Shown: positions 39,060-50,866 of the stretch, one piece after another | Layout: every line of letters begins with the position of its first letter | Numbering within the stretch: position 1 is the stretch's first letter | Assembly: GCA_963841135.1 (NCBI GenBank) | Contig: CAWJBJ010000004.1 | Span: forward strand, 31,496 to 95,495 | Reading direction: 5' to 3' | Length of the DNA stretch: 64,000 nucleotides | From: an uncultured Chloroflexia bacterium | Lineage (GTDB): Bacteria > Chloroflexota > Limnocylindria > Limnocylindrales > CSP1-4 | Made by a program: the position numbers and the translations under genes | Notes under the pieces: generated by a model | Databases searched by the model: none | What the model saw: the letters and a program-made list of their open reading frames with translations, nothing else | What the model was told of the DNA's origin: nothing

Positions 39060-40109
39060 TCAGTGGGCGGGCTGGAGCGCTGGCTCCTGCCCCTCGATGG
39101 TCGCGATCGCCTCCTCGGCGATGTGTCCCTCTTCGTGTTCGTGGCTCTCGATGGCCAGGGTGATGAAGACGAGTGTCAGGACGCTGAAGATCAGCGCCTG
39201 GATGGCATTCAACAGGAAGTCGAGGCCGAGCAGGCCGACCGGGATGATCGCAAGGGTCAAGCCGGTGATGACGCCGAGGGCGACCTCGCCACCGTAGATG
39301 TTGCCGAAGAGTCGCATGGAGAGCGTGATCGGCTTGACGAACTCGAGCATGAGTTCCACCAGCCCGACGAACAGCGCGATCACGCCTGCCCCGATCCCGT
39401 TCCTGAACTCGTAGAGCGGGAAGAACTTGCCGAGATAACCCCGGACGCCCAGCTTGCGGAACCCCTCGACCTCGAAGATCGCGAAGGAGACGAGCGCCAG
39501 GCCCAGCGTGATGTTCACGTCGCTCGACGGGGCTCGCAGCTCCTCGAAGCGGCCGACGAAGGGCAGCAGCCCGACCCAGTTCGAGAACAGGATCAGGAGG
39601 AAGAACGCGGCGAAGATCGGGACGTACGGACGGGCACTCGGGCCGGCAAGGCCGACCCCGAAGTCGCTGAGTGTCTCGTAGAAGGTCTCGAACATGTTCT
39701 GGGCACGACCAGGGATCAGCCTCGCCCCGCGGGTCATGAGGATCGCGCCGATCAGGATGACGGCCATGACGATCCACTGGGTCAGGATCGTCGAGCTGAT
39801 GCTCGGGTAGAAGTCGATGAGCCCGACGCCCTGGTGGGTGTCGGTCAGGGGCGCGACGACGTGCGGCGCAGGGAATTCCAGCGTGCCGTTGATGAAGCAG
39901 ACGGGGAACGCGCAGGGATCGCCCGGCGCGCCGCCCTTGGGGAACGGCGGCACCAGCATCAGCGCGACGACGTTGAGGACGATGACGGCCCCGATCAAGG
40001 CGAGCCAGCGCGATGCCCCGCCACGACCCGATCGCGGCGTCGCTTCGGGAGCCGGGGTGCCCACGGGGGCCGGGGCTCCCTCGTTGGTCTCGACTTGTTC
40101 GCTCGTCAC
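39060..40109 (-). CDS. atpB: F0 ATP synthase a subunit with extended N-terminus
   Basis: LSMRLFGNIYGGEV (essential Arg). The start is probably GTG 40109 (SD GGAG 5 nt upstream), or ATG 40124. Confidence 0.9.
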   Translation of the reverse strand: MTSEQVETNEGAPAPVGTPAPEATPRSGRGGASRWLALIGAVIVLNVVALMLVPPFPKGGAPGDPCAFPVCFINGTLEFPAPHVVAPLTDTHQGVGLIDFYPSISSTILTQWIVMAVILIGAILMTRGARLIPGRAQNMFETFYETLSDFGVGLAGPSARPYVPIFAAFFLLILFSNWVGLLPFVGRFEELRAPSSDVNITLGLALVSFAIFEVEGFRKLGVRGYLGKFFPLYEFRNGIGAGVIALFVGLVELMLEFVKPITLSMRLFGNIYGGEVALGVITGLTLAIIPVGLLGLDFLLNAIQALIFSVLTLVFITLAIESHEHEEGHIAEEAIATIEGQEPALQPAH

Positions 40110-40182
40110 GCTTGCTCCACACACAGGAGCGCGGCTCGACGCCGCGCTCGCATCATCCCTGGCCGGTCGGGGTTGGGACCGG

Positions 40183-40404
40183 CTATTCGATCGTCTTCAG
40201 GAACCGGCTGACCAGTCTGTAGATCATGAGGGTCCCGGCCCCGGCACCGGCGAAGAAGCCGATCAACGTGAAGACCGGGAGGGTCCCGAGTTGCCCGTCG
40301 GCCCAATAGCCGGCCAGCACGCCGAGCAGCGTCGTCACCAGGAGTGAGATGCCGATCTCCGAGAAGAGGGCGACGTAGGCCATCCCTCGGCCGGGCTCGA
40401 TCAT
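40183..40404 (-). CDS. atpI: AtpZ/AtpI-family small membrane protein
   Basis: Two TM helices, LFSEIGISLLVTTLLGVLAGYWADGQLGT.PVFTLIGFFAGAGAG. Lies immediately upstream of atpB. Confidence 0.75.
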   Translation of the reverse strand: MIEPGRGMAYVALFSEIGISLLVTTLLGVLAGYWADGQLGTLPVFTLIGFFAGAGAGTLMIYRLVSRFLKTIE

Positions 40405-40504
40405 GGGCGACCTGTCACGGCGGCGGCAGTATACCAGTGTGGGGCTGGCCGGTCATCGCGACCGTGCCGCAACCTTTCGGTCGGGCGGGGGTCCGTCGCG
40501 AGGC

Positions 40505-42166
40505 TCAGTGCTGCGTGTTCGGCGACGAGCAGCCGTTGACCCCGACGAGGATGAACTGGCCGTCCACATCGGTGCCGCGACTGTTGTTCACGGTCAGGCG
40601 GACGAGGTAGCAGCCGATGCCCTTGTAGACATGGGTGACGAGCATCCCGTCCGCCTTGGCGCCGTCGCCGAAGGTCCACGAATACCCCTCGGCATTGCCG
40701 GAGTCGGCACCGGTGCACGTCACGACCAGGATGGCCGTGACGCAGGTGAAGACCGCAACAGGCCGCGGGCTCGGCTGGACCGTCGGGCCCCCCGCGGTCG
40801 GGGTGGCGGTCGGGGCGGCCGTCGGCGTCGGCGTGGGGCGGGCGGTCGGTGCGGCCGGGGATGGCGTCGGTCGCGCGGTCGGCGCGGCGGTCGCGGGCGG
40901 GGGCGTCGCGGCCTGCGGGGGCGGAGCGGTCACGGCGGCCGTGTCCCCACCGGTGCCGTTCGTCGCCGAAGACGGGGTGGGGCTCGAGGCAGGGCTCGAC
41001 AGCGACGACGGCGAGGCGGACGGGGCGGGCGTCGGCGATGCCGATGCGACCGGCACAGGGCTGTCCGACGGTGGGACGGCCGACGGCGTCTCCAGCGCGA
41101 CGACGCCACCACCCGATGCGGGCGGTCGGCCGGTCTCGCTCAGGACGCCGCTCTGATCGCCGAGGTCCGGGATGACGAGGACCGCGGTCATGACCGACGC
41201 GAGCATCGCGGCCACGGCCGCCACGCGGAAGGCTGCGCGCCGGCGGCGGCGTTGCGGCTTCGGCCACGCCTCGGTCGCCACGGGGGACAGGTAGGCCTCG
41301 CGCTTCTCCCCGCCGGCCACGACGATGACCGCGGGTCGCGCGGCGGGGCGAGCGCCCGGGACCCCGATGCGATACGCGAGCTCGTCCTCGGTCTCGGACT
41401 CGGGGACGGCTTGCGGCGGCGGACCGAATCGCCATGCGGCCGGGGCCGATGCGGCGACCACCGGGACGAACGCGGCAGCGGCCCGTTCGGGGACGCGCTC
41501 GCGAGGCTCGTCGGCGGGGGCCGGTTCGGCGACGTCGGGTGCGGGCTCGGGCTCGGACGCGCTCGCCACGAGCGCGACGGGCTCCGGCTCGAGGACAGGC
41601 TCGGGTTCCTCTTCCGCGACGACGGCACCGGCCTCCGCGGCGGCCGCGGTCTCGAGGTCGGGTTCCTCAGCGGCGAGGGTTTCGGGCGCGGCTTCCTCCA
41701 CGACCTCCGGCGGCGCCTCGACCGCGGATCCATCCTCGACGGTGATCGCCTCGACCGGCGCCTCGGCACTGACCGGGATCGCGGTAGGCTCGTCGAGATC
41801 GGCGATCGGCGGGGCTTCTGGCGATGGCGCTTCGACCTCTGGGCCGGCTGCCACGACCTCCGCGATCGTCGGGGTGGCGGCGGTGAGCATGGCGGCCGCC
41901 TCGGCGCGGAGGGCCGCCTGCTCTGCGATCCGTGCGGCCATGGCGTTCGAGGCGAGGCGTCGCGCGGCCATCGCCGGCGAGGGATTCGAGCGGACCGGCG
42001 GGGGAACCGCGCGTCCGAGGCGTCCGGCATCGACCTTGCGCGGGCCGCGCTGGACCCACGGGTCGCCCGATCCTCGCCGCGAGAGGGCGGCCTGGATCAG
42101 GGACAAGACCAGGGCCAGCACAGCGACCACGATCGTCGCGATGAGGAGCACGATATCGAGGGTCAT
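40505..42166 (-). CDS. Bitopic membrane protein with acidic and Pro/Thr/Ala-rich linkers and a C-terminal PKD domain
   Basis: TM1 IVLLIATIVVAVLALVLSLI, TM2 VAAVAAMLASVMTAVLVI. C-terminal YSWTFGDGAKADGMLVTHVYKGIGCYLVRLTVNNSRG is the PKD signature. Confidence 0.7.
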   Translation of the reverse strand: MTLDIVLLIATIVVAVLALVLSLIQAALSRRGSGDPWVQRGPRKVDAGRLGRAVPPPVRSNPSPAMAARRLASNAMAARIAEQAALRAEAAAMLTAATPTIAEVVAAGPEVEAPSPEAPPIADLDEPTAIPVSAEAPVEAITVEDGSAVEAPPEVVEEAAPETLAAEEPDLETAAAAEAGAVVAEEEPEPVLEPEPVALVASASEPEPAPDVAEPAPADEPRERVPERAAAAFVPVVAASAPAAWRFGPPPQAVPESETEDELAYRIGVPGARPAARPAVIVVAGGEKREAYLSPVATEAWPKPQRRRRRAAFRVAAVAAMLASVMTAVLVIPDLGDQSGVLSETGRPPASGGGVVALETPSAVPPSDSPVPVASASPTPAPSASPSSLSSPASSPTPSSATNGTGGDTAAVTAPPPQAATPPPATAAPTARPTPSPAAPTARPTPTPTAAPTATPTAGGPTVQPSPRPVAVFTCVTAILVVTCTGADSGNAEGYSWTFGDGAKADGMLVTHVYKGIGCYLVRLTVNNSRGTDVDGQFILVGVNGCSSPNTQH

Positions 42167-42323
42167 CGATCCTCATGGGCGGGGCCCAGCCTCCCTGCCG
42201 AGACCCCAGTGGTGGTCCGGATGCTAGCACCCCCCTCGACAACCGCCCACCGGCACGCTCCGCACCCCTCCACACACGACCGACAGGACTGTTGGCAGGC
42301 GGCACCAGTACGAAGGTCCAGGG

Positions 42324-43487
42324 TCAGCCTGAGCGACGCTCCTCGCGGGTCGCGCCATCGGAGGCGCCGGCCGCATGGTTCGTGTACGACTCGGCTTCGA
42401 GCTCTTCCGGGCGTCGGAACGCCCCGCGCGTCGGGATGAACAGCACGAGCCCGAACGCAAGGAACACGCCGACGAACGCGTAGAGCTGGGTCACGCCGGA
42501 CAAGGCCAGCGCCAGCAGCGCCGAGCACGAGGCAGAGGCCGTAGATGGCGAACACCGTCTGCCGGTGCGAGAGGCCCAGGTCCAGCATCCGATGGTGGAT
42601 GTGGCCCCGGTCGGGGCTGAACGGGGAACGGCGTTGCGACAAGCGTCGGACGATGATCCAGAACGTGTCGATGATCGGCACGCCCGAGCACGAGCATAGC
42701 GACCGCGACCTTCGCCGTGCCGAGGATCGCGAGCAGCGCCAGCGTGTAGCCGACGAACTGGACGCCGCTCGTGCCGGGGAAGATCGACGCCGGGATGGAG
42801 GTTCCAGCGGAGGAACCCGAGCAGCGCGCCGGCGAGGATGAAGCACAGGATCGCGACGAGCGGCTGGTTGACCCCGCTCGTGAGGCTGATGATCCCCAGC
42901 GTGACCGCCGCGATGAACGCGATGCCGGACGACAGGCCGTCGAGCCCGTCGATGAAGTTGATGCTGTTGATCATCCCGACGATCCAGAAGATCGTGAAGC
43001 CGATCGCGAAGGGGCCTTCGAAGCGGATCACGGGCCCGCCGAGCGGGTTCGCGATGAACCCGATGTTGATGCCCAGCAGGACCGCGAAGAGCCCGAGGCC
43101 CAGCTGCCCGGCCAGCTGCCAGCGTGCGCGGAGGTCGAGCATGTCGTCAGCCGCTCCGATGGCCGCCGCCAGCGCACCTCCGAGCAGCAGAGCGGCGAGC
43201 TGGCTCGCCTGCAGCGGGCTGAACAGCCGGATCGTCTCGGTGTTGATGGCCAGGAACGCCAGGACCACCAGGATGAACGTCGTCGCGACCGCGATGCCGC
43301 CGCCACGGGGGATCGGGGACGTGTTGACCCGGCGGGCCTCGGGCCGGTCGATCATCTTGTAGCGGAGCACGATCCGGCGGACGATCGGCGTCAGCACGAG
43401 CGCCAGCAGCCCTGCCGCGGCGAACGCGATGAGGATCGGACCGACCGTTTCACCGATCTTCGGGATGAACGTCATCGCGACGATCAT
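42324..43487 (-). pseudogene. wecA: WecA/Rfe-type UDP-GlcNAc:undecaprenyl-phosphate GlcNAc-1-phosphate transferase (GT4/MraY family), about 3 frame disruptions
   Basis: [42 protein letters not shown]. The frame switches near 42797, 42683 and 42520 ([36 protein letters not shown] lies in a second frame). Position upstream of the atp operon matches actinobacterial genomes. Confidence 0.8.
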
Positions 43488-43539
43488 CGCGGGGTCCGGA
43501 GCACCGAGATCGTGCGTCGTCTGAAGGGCGGGTTCGACC

Positions 43540-44872
<1,333 letters not shown>

Positions 44873-44978
44873 GGCTCGCCGACTCCTTCCTGCCGGTCCA
44901 TCGTTCGACCGACACGCCGGCGGCTATCTTCCCACGAACCACTCCGACCCCGACCGACGCGGGCGTCGGCGTGGCGGA

Positions 44979-45635
44979 TCAGGCGGACGCGAGCTCGTGC
45001 GGGACGCCGGCCGCGTCGAGGATCCCCGCGAGGCGGGCCGACGGGATCGCGCCCTCGCGGATGATCCGCGGCGCGTCGCCGCTGCAGTCGACGACGGTCG
45101 ATGCCGGCCCGCCGAGGGCGCGGACCACCGTCGAGGATGAGGTCGATCTCCGCCCCGAGCAGGGCATGGATCTCCGCGGCGTCGCGGCCCTCGGGCTGAC
45201 CCGAGATGTTGGCCGAGGTCGTCGGAAGCGGGCCGAGCTCGCGCGCGAGGGCGCGCGGCGCCGCATGGTCGGGCACGCGGAGCCCGATCGTCGGCTCCGC
45301 CCGCGGTCAATGCGTCGGGCAGCTCGACGTCCGGACGCCGCGGGACGATGACGGTCAGGCCGCCGGGCCAGCAGGCCGCCCCCAGCGGCCGCGGCCGCCG
45401 GGCCGATCACCCCGAGCCGGCTCGCCTGCCCGGCGTCGTCGAGCAGGAGCACGATCCCCTTGTCGGGGGGACGCCGCTTCACGCGGAACAGTCGCTCGAT
45501 GCCGCCGGGCGTGGTCAGCGCGACCGCGATCCCATAGACGGTGTCGGTCGGGATGGCCACCACGCCGCCGTCCCGCAGCGTCTCGACCGCGATCGCGCGG
45601 CCCGTCGGATCGTCGGGGACGATGCGGGCGGTCAC
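44979..45635 (-). pseudogene. tsaC: L-threonylcarbamoyladenylate synthase (Sua5/YwlC/TsaC family), at least 3 frame disruptions
   Basis: GGVVAIPTDTVYGIAV, FRVKRRPPDKGIVLL, TTSANISGQPEG, STVVDCSGDAPRIIREGAI occur in different frames. The GTG start at 45633-45635 overlaps the upstream stop (GTGA). Confidence 0.8.
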
Positions 45636-46566
45636 GACGCCGCGGCTGCGTCGGCCCGCGCCGAGTCCGCCTCGGCCGACAGCCGTCGCGACGCCTCCCG
45701 GGCGGAGCCCCGCCCGGCGAGGACGAGCGACTCGATGAGCACGGCCGACGCCCTCCTCCCCCACCGGCGGCGCGATGTACCGGGCGACGGCCCGGACCTC
45801 CGCCGGCGCCGACGGCATCGCCGCCCCGTGTCCGACCTCGGCGAGCATCTCGAGGTCGTTCCACTGATCGCCGATCGCGAGCGTGGCACCCAGCGGGATC
45901 CGCAGACGGCGAGCCAGCCAGCGGATCGCCCGACCCTTCGAGACGCCCGGGGCGACGAACTCGAGGAACCGCGGGTGGCTGATGGTCACGTCCGCGATGC
46001 CGGCGAAGTGGGCCGCCGCGAGCGGCGCCATCTCGGTCGGCAGCGGCGGCTCTCCGACGGCGAGGACCTTGGTCACCGGGATGTCGGATCGAGTCGGCGA
46101 GGTCCGGGACCAGCTCGGCGCGGGCACCCATGAACTCGGAGTAGTCGTCGGCCTTGGGGTCATCGGCGCGCAGGATGAACCGCTCGAGGTGATTGAGGTG
46201 CGGGTCGAGGCCGTGCGCCAGCGTCCAGGCCACGATCTGGCGGGCAACGACCGCGGGGAGGGGCGTGTGGACGAGGAGCTTGCCGATCCGCGCCGAGCCG
46301 GCCGGCGGCATCGCGCGCACGAGCCCGCCCTGGTAGCCGACGATCGGGGCGGTCAGCTCCAGCTCGAGCGCGAAGCGCATGGCGCTCGAGACCATCCGCC
46401 CCGTCACGAGCGACACCGCGATCCCGCGGTCGGTCGCGGCGCGGACCGCGGCACGCGTCCGCGATCCGACGACCAGGTCGTCGCCGACGAGCGTCCCGTC
46501 GATATCGAGGGCGATCAGGCGGATCGGGAACTCGGGCTCGACGGCCGGCACCGGCCGTGTCGTCAC
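45632..46566 (-). pseudogene. Cof-type HAD-IIB phosphatase, about 2 frame disruptions
   Basis: IRLIALDIDGTLV (motif I), VSLVTGR, then in another frame VSKGRAIRWLARRLRIPLGATLAIGDQWNDLEML. Frame switches lie near 46085 and 45740. Confidence 0.7.
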
Positions 46567-47465
46567 GTCGGCCGCTCCAGCCGGGCGACGCGAGGCAGCC
46601 CCGCGAGATCAGGCAGGACCTCGACGCGCCAGTCGGGCAGCGTCGCCGCGACGAGCTCGACGATCGCCTCGCCCTGGTCCGCCCCGATCTCGAGCAGCGC
46701 GACCCCGTCGGTCGCGAGGGCCTCCGGCAGCCGTTCGAGGAGCCGGCCGATCACGGCGAGCCCGTCCGGCCCGCCGTCGAGCGCGAGCGCGGGCTCGAAG
46801 GAGGCGGCGATCGGCAGACCGGCCAGCGCGTCCGTCCGGACGTACGGCAGGTTAGCCAGGACGATGTCGTATGGATCGACGATCACGGGCGGGAGCAGGT
46901 CGGCTTCGAGGAAGGACAGGTGGTCAGCGACGGCGTGGGCGACGGCATTCTCGCGGGCCAGGTCGAGCGCGTCTCCCGAGCACGTCGATGGCCACGGTCG
47001 TCACCTCGGCCACGGCGCCGCGACGACGGACCGCCACGAGCAGGGCGATCGCGATGGCCCCCGAGCCCGGTGCCGACGTCGAGCGACGCGGACCGGCGGC
47101 GAGCCGATCGGGCGGGCGGCCGCCGCGAGCCGGCGGATCACCTCCTGCTCGGCCAGCTCGACGAGACGCTCCGTCTCCGGGCGAGGGATGAGCGCCCGCG
47201 CGTCGACCGTGAACGCCAGTCCGTAGAACTCCTTGAGCCCCCGGATGTACGCGACCGGCTCACCGGCCGCACGCCGGGCGACGGTCTCGCGATAGGCCGC
47301 CTCTGCATCGGCGCCCACCGGCGCGTCGGCGTGGGCGATGATCGAGGTCCGGTCGACGCCGATGGCGTGCGCCAGGAGCAGCTCGGCGTCGAGCCGCGGC
47401 GATTCCGAGCCGCTCGCCGTCAGTCGGTCGATCCCCTCCCGCAGCAGCTCCCCGACCTGGGTCAC
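46563..47465 (-). pseudogene. prmC: Release-factor glutamine N5-methyltransferase PrmC/HemK, 2-3 frame disruptions
   Basis: EPVAYIRGLKEFYGLAFTVDARALIPRPETE, (D)VGTGSGAIA and IVLANLPYV (NPPY-type motif) lie on ORFs 47001-47510 and 46563-46886 plus a third frame. The start is uncertain (GTG 47465 or ATG 47510). Confidence 0.8.
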
Positions 47466-47481
47466 GGTCGCGGCGCCGCCA

Positions 47482-49774
47482 TCAGAGCCGGATGGTGACG
47501 GCCACGTCACCGACCTTGCGCAGGACCTCGGCGCTCGTCGTTCCCCGCCAGCGGTGGAACAGCAGGTCGACGGACGCCTCGCCGACGCGGAGGTTGGTCA
47601 GCGTCACCTTGCCCATCCAGTCGGGCAGGTGCGGATGGCGCAGCTCCAGCTCGCGACGGCCCGCGTGCGCCTGCAGGCCGAGCATCGTCGAGAGGAACAG
47701 GAATGAGGACCCCGCGGCCCAGGCCTGTGGCGAGCACGCGACGGGATACGGCACGGGCATGTGGCCCTCGTCGCGGTCGAACCCGCAGAAGAGCTCGGGG
47801 AGCCGGTACTCGGGGAACTGCTGGGCGGCCTCGAGGAGCGGGCCGACCAGGCGATTTGCGGCGTCGTCGAAGCCGTAGCGCTTCATGCCCGCGGCGATGA
47901 GCGAGGTGTCGTGCGGCCAGACCGTGCCCGGTGTGGTAGCCGATCGGGTTGTAGCCCGGCTGGTCCGACGCGTAGGTCCGGATCCCCCAGCCCGAGAACA
48001 TCGCGGGCTTCAGGAGGCCGTCGACGACCGCTCGCGCCCGATGGTCGGCGACGATCCCGGTCCACAGGCACTGGCCGGCGTTGGATGCCGACCGCGTCGG
48101 CCTGTCGCTTGTCGCGATCGAGGGCGATCGCGTACGTCTCGAGATCGGCCACCCAGAACGCCTCGTCGAATCGGGCGCGCAGCGCGTCGGCCTCGATGTC
48201 CAGCCGGATCGCGAGCTCGGTCTCGCCCCGGACGCGCGCCAGCTCCGCCAGCCGGCGCTTCGCGTCGTAGACGTAGCCCTGGACCTCGGCGAGCGCGATC
48301 GGCGGCAGGGCCTCGGTCCCCGTTCGGTCGCGGATGGCGTCGCTCGAGTCCTTCCAGCCCTGGTTGAGCAGCCCGCGGGTCGAGCGACGCTCGTATTCGA
48401 CGAAGCCGTCGCCGTCCCGGTCGCCATAGCGATCGATCCACTCGAGGGCGGCCATCGCATTCGGCCAGAGCCGGTCGAGCAGGCCCCGGTCGCCGGTCCA
48501 GTCGTAGGTCGATGCCCAGGAGGATGAGCCAGAGCGGCGTCGAGTCGACCGAGCCGTAGTAGGGGGTCTGGGGCAGCTCCCCGGCCCCGGCCATCTCGCC
48601 GGCCCGCAGCTCGTGGAGGATCTTGCCCGGTTCGGCGTCGCGCCAATCGTCCATCTCGGTCGCCTGGTACGCGGCGAGGACCTGGAGCGTCTCGACCGCG
48701 AGCTGCGGACGGAAGGCGATGGACTGGATCGCGGTGATGATCGCGTCGCGACCGAAGAGCGTCGCGAACCACGGAACGCCGGCCGCGATGTAGCGCTGGT
48801 CCGGTCCCGGTCCGTCGTTGACGAGCAGCCGCAGGTCCGCGACGGACCGCTTCACGACGAGGTTGAACAGGTCGTGATCGCTCTCGACCGTCGTCGTGCC
48901 CCGTTCCCAGGCGTGATAGGCGGCCGCGCCCTCGTCGCCGGTCACGGCCGGCGGATCGGGGAACAGCGCGGCCAGGTCGGCGGCCCCGGTCGACACCGCG
49001 GCCTTGGCGTCGTTCGTGGACGGGACGGCCCTCTCGGTCGACCAGACCGTCCAGCGGACGGTCGACCGCGGCGCCCGGCTCGAGGGCGAGATCCCAGCAG
49101 AGCGCCACGCCGGCCCCGACATCGATCACATCGGTGGTCTCGTTCACGGCCGTCACATCGGTGGCGGGCTGGGAGAACGCGACGTGGGTCGATCGCCGGA
49201 CCCCGTCGAGACCGTCGTAGCGGAACGTCACCCGGTCCTCGGTCACCGCCACGGGCAGCAGCGTGCCGCGCCCTTCGCGCGGGTAGCCGCGGACCTCGAA
49301 GATGTCGGCGCCGTCCGAGCCCAGCTCGAGCTCGAGCGAGAGACGCAGGGGCCGCGACGCGTGGCTGACGATCCGGACGCACTCCTCCAGCGCGCCGCCG
49401 GAGATCATCCGGTCGCGCGAGATGCCGATGGTCCGTCCCACGAGCTCGTCGAGCGGATGGACCTTGGCATCGGGGTTGCGGTCGGCGCTCGGGTTCGTCA
49501 ACTGGATGCGGCCGCGGTAGTTGCCGCCCATCGAGCCCTGGAGCAGGACCGGGCGGACGCCGCCGACGCGCAGGACCGAGCAGGAGATGATCCGCGTGTC
49601 GCCGTGATAGATCCCGAGGCCGCGCGAGTCGGGGTGGATGTCGCCGAACGGGTCGGTCAGCTGGAAGGTGTTCCCGTGCTTGAGCACCTGGACCATGCCG
49701 AGGTCCGTCGCCCGGGCCACCGGGATCACGCGCGGATCGAAGAACCGGACGCTCGCCGGGTCAGGCCGCGTCAT
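47482..49774 (-). pseudogene. Glycogen-debranching-enzyme-like protein (GDE N-terminal domain + amylo-alpha-1,6-glucosidase domain), about 4 frame disruptions
   Basis: VLKHGNTFQLTDPFGDI, GVPWFATLFGRDAIITA, LHELRAGEMA, NQGWKDS, LPELFCGFDR, ACSPQAWAAGS are distributed over ORFs 47507-49774, 48010-49122, 47883-48455 and 47482-47886. Frame switches lie near 49060, 48525, 48085 and 47925. Confidence 0.75.
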
Positions 49775-50866
49775 CGGTCCCCGTCAGCCCGGACAGGCGA
49801 TCGGCCTGGTCCTTCATCTGCAGCGCATCGATGAGCTTGTCGAGGTCGCCCTCGAGCACTCCCGGCACGTCGTGCACGGTCATCCCCGTCAGCCGGTGGT
49901 CGGTGACCCGATTGTCCGGGAAGTTGTACGTGCGGATCTTCTCGGAACGGTCGCCCGAGCCGATCATCGAGCGGCGCGCGGCTGAATCCGAGGCGCGCTG
50001 GGCCTGCAACTGGAGGTCGTAGAGCCGCGAGCGCAGGACCGCGAGGGCCTTGGCCTTGTTCTTGTGCTGACTCTTCTCGTCCTGGATCTCGACGACCAGA
50101 CCGGTCGGCAGGTGCGTGATCCGCACGGCGGAGTCGGTGGTGTTCACGGACTGGCCGCCCGGACCGGACGAGCGCTTCACGTCGATCCGCAGGTCCCGGA
50201 CCTCGTCGATCTCGATCTCGACCTCATCGGCCTCGGGCATGACGATGACCGTCGCAGTCGAGGTGTGCGATGCGCCCGGACGACTCGGTCGAGGGCACGC
50301 GCTGGACCCGATGGACGCCGCCCTCGAACTTCAGACGGCTGTAGGCGCCGTCGCCTGCGATCTCGACGATCGCCTCCTTGATCCCGCCGATCCCGGTCTC
50401 GTTCTTGGTCATGATGTCGGCCGAGAACTTGTGCTCGTCGGCGTAGCGCAGGTACATCCGGAGCAGCTCGTTCGCGAAGAGGGCCGCCTCCTCGCCACCG
50501 GCCCCGGCGCGGATCTCGAGGATGACGTCGCGGCCGTCGTTCGGGTCGCGCGGCAGGAGCAGGACCTTGAGCTCGTCGAGCAAGCGGGCCTCGTCCGCCT
50601 CGAGCGGCCCGATCTCGTCGCGGGCCATCGTCCGGATCTCATCGTCCCCGTCGCCCGTGTCGCGCAGCTCGCGCAGGCCGGCCAGCTCCGCGCGGACTGC
50701 CTGCAGCCGACGGAAGGCCTCGACCGTCGGGCTCCAGGCGGGCGAGCTCCTGTCCGAGCCGGCGGATCTCGCCGGGATCCGAGGAGACCTCGGGGCGTGC
50801 CAACTCTGCCTGGGTGTCGTCGTACTGGCGGGCGACCTCGGAAAGCTTGTCGTCGAGCTCGCTCAT
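49761..50866 (-). pseudogene. prfA: Peptide chain release factor 1, about 2 frame disruptions
   Basis: [11 protein letters not shown].., [46 protein letters not shown] (GGQ motif). Frame switches lie near 50735 and 50240. Confidence 0.9.

Noticed and set aside
40403-42439. 678-aa plus-strand ORF and other long frames over the PKD-protein gene
   Set aside because: It is a Gly/Arg-rich translation antisense to a gene with TM segments and a clean PKD motif. The low-complexity GC-rich DNA keeps several frames open.
44873-44978. Possible riboswitch (for example ZTP/pfl, which often precedes glyA/folD/purH) in the glyA leader
   Set aside because: There is only vague resemblance (GGGTCGGAGTGG ... 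CCGCCGGCG). The 106-nt leader is too short, and I cannot fold the conserved pseudoknot. The hairpin CCGACGC/GCGTCGG is more simply a tsaC terminator-like element. A covariance-model search (Rfam RF01750) would settle it.
49761-50866. Programmed ribosomal frameshift in the release-factor gene
   Set aside because: Programmed +1 frameshifting is a property of prfB, not prfA. This gene has two disruptions and sits among seven other multiply disrupted genes, so sequence error is the simpler explanation.
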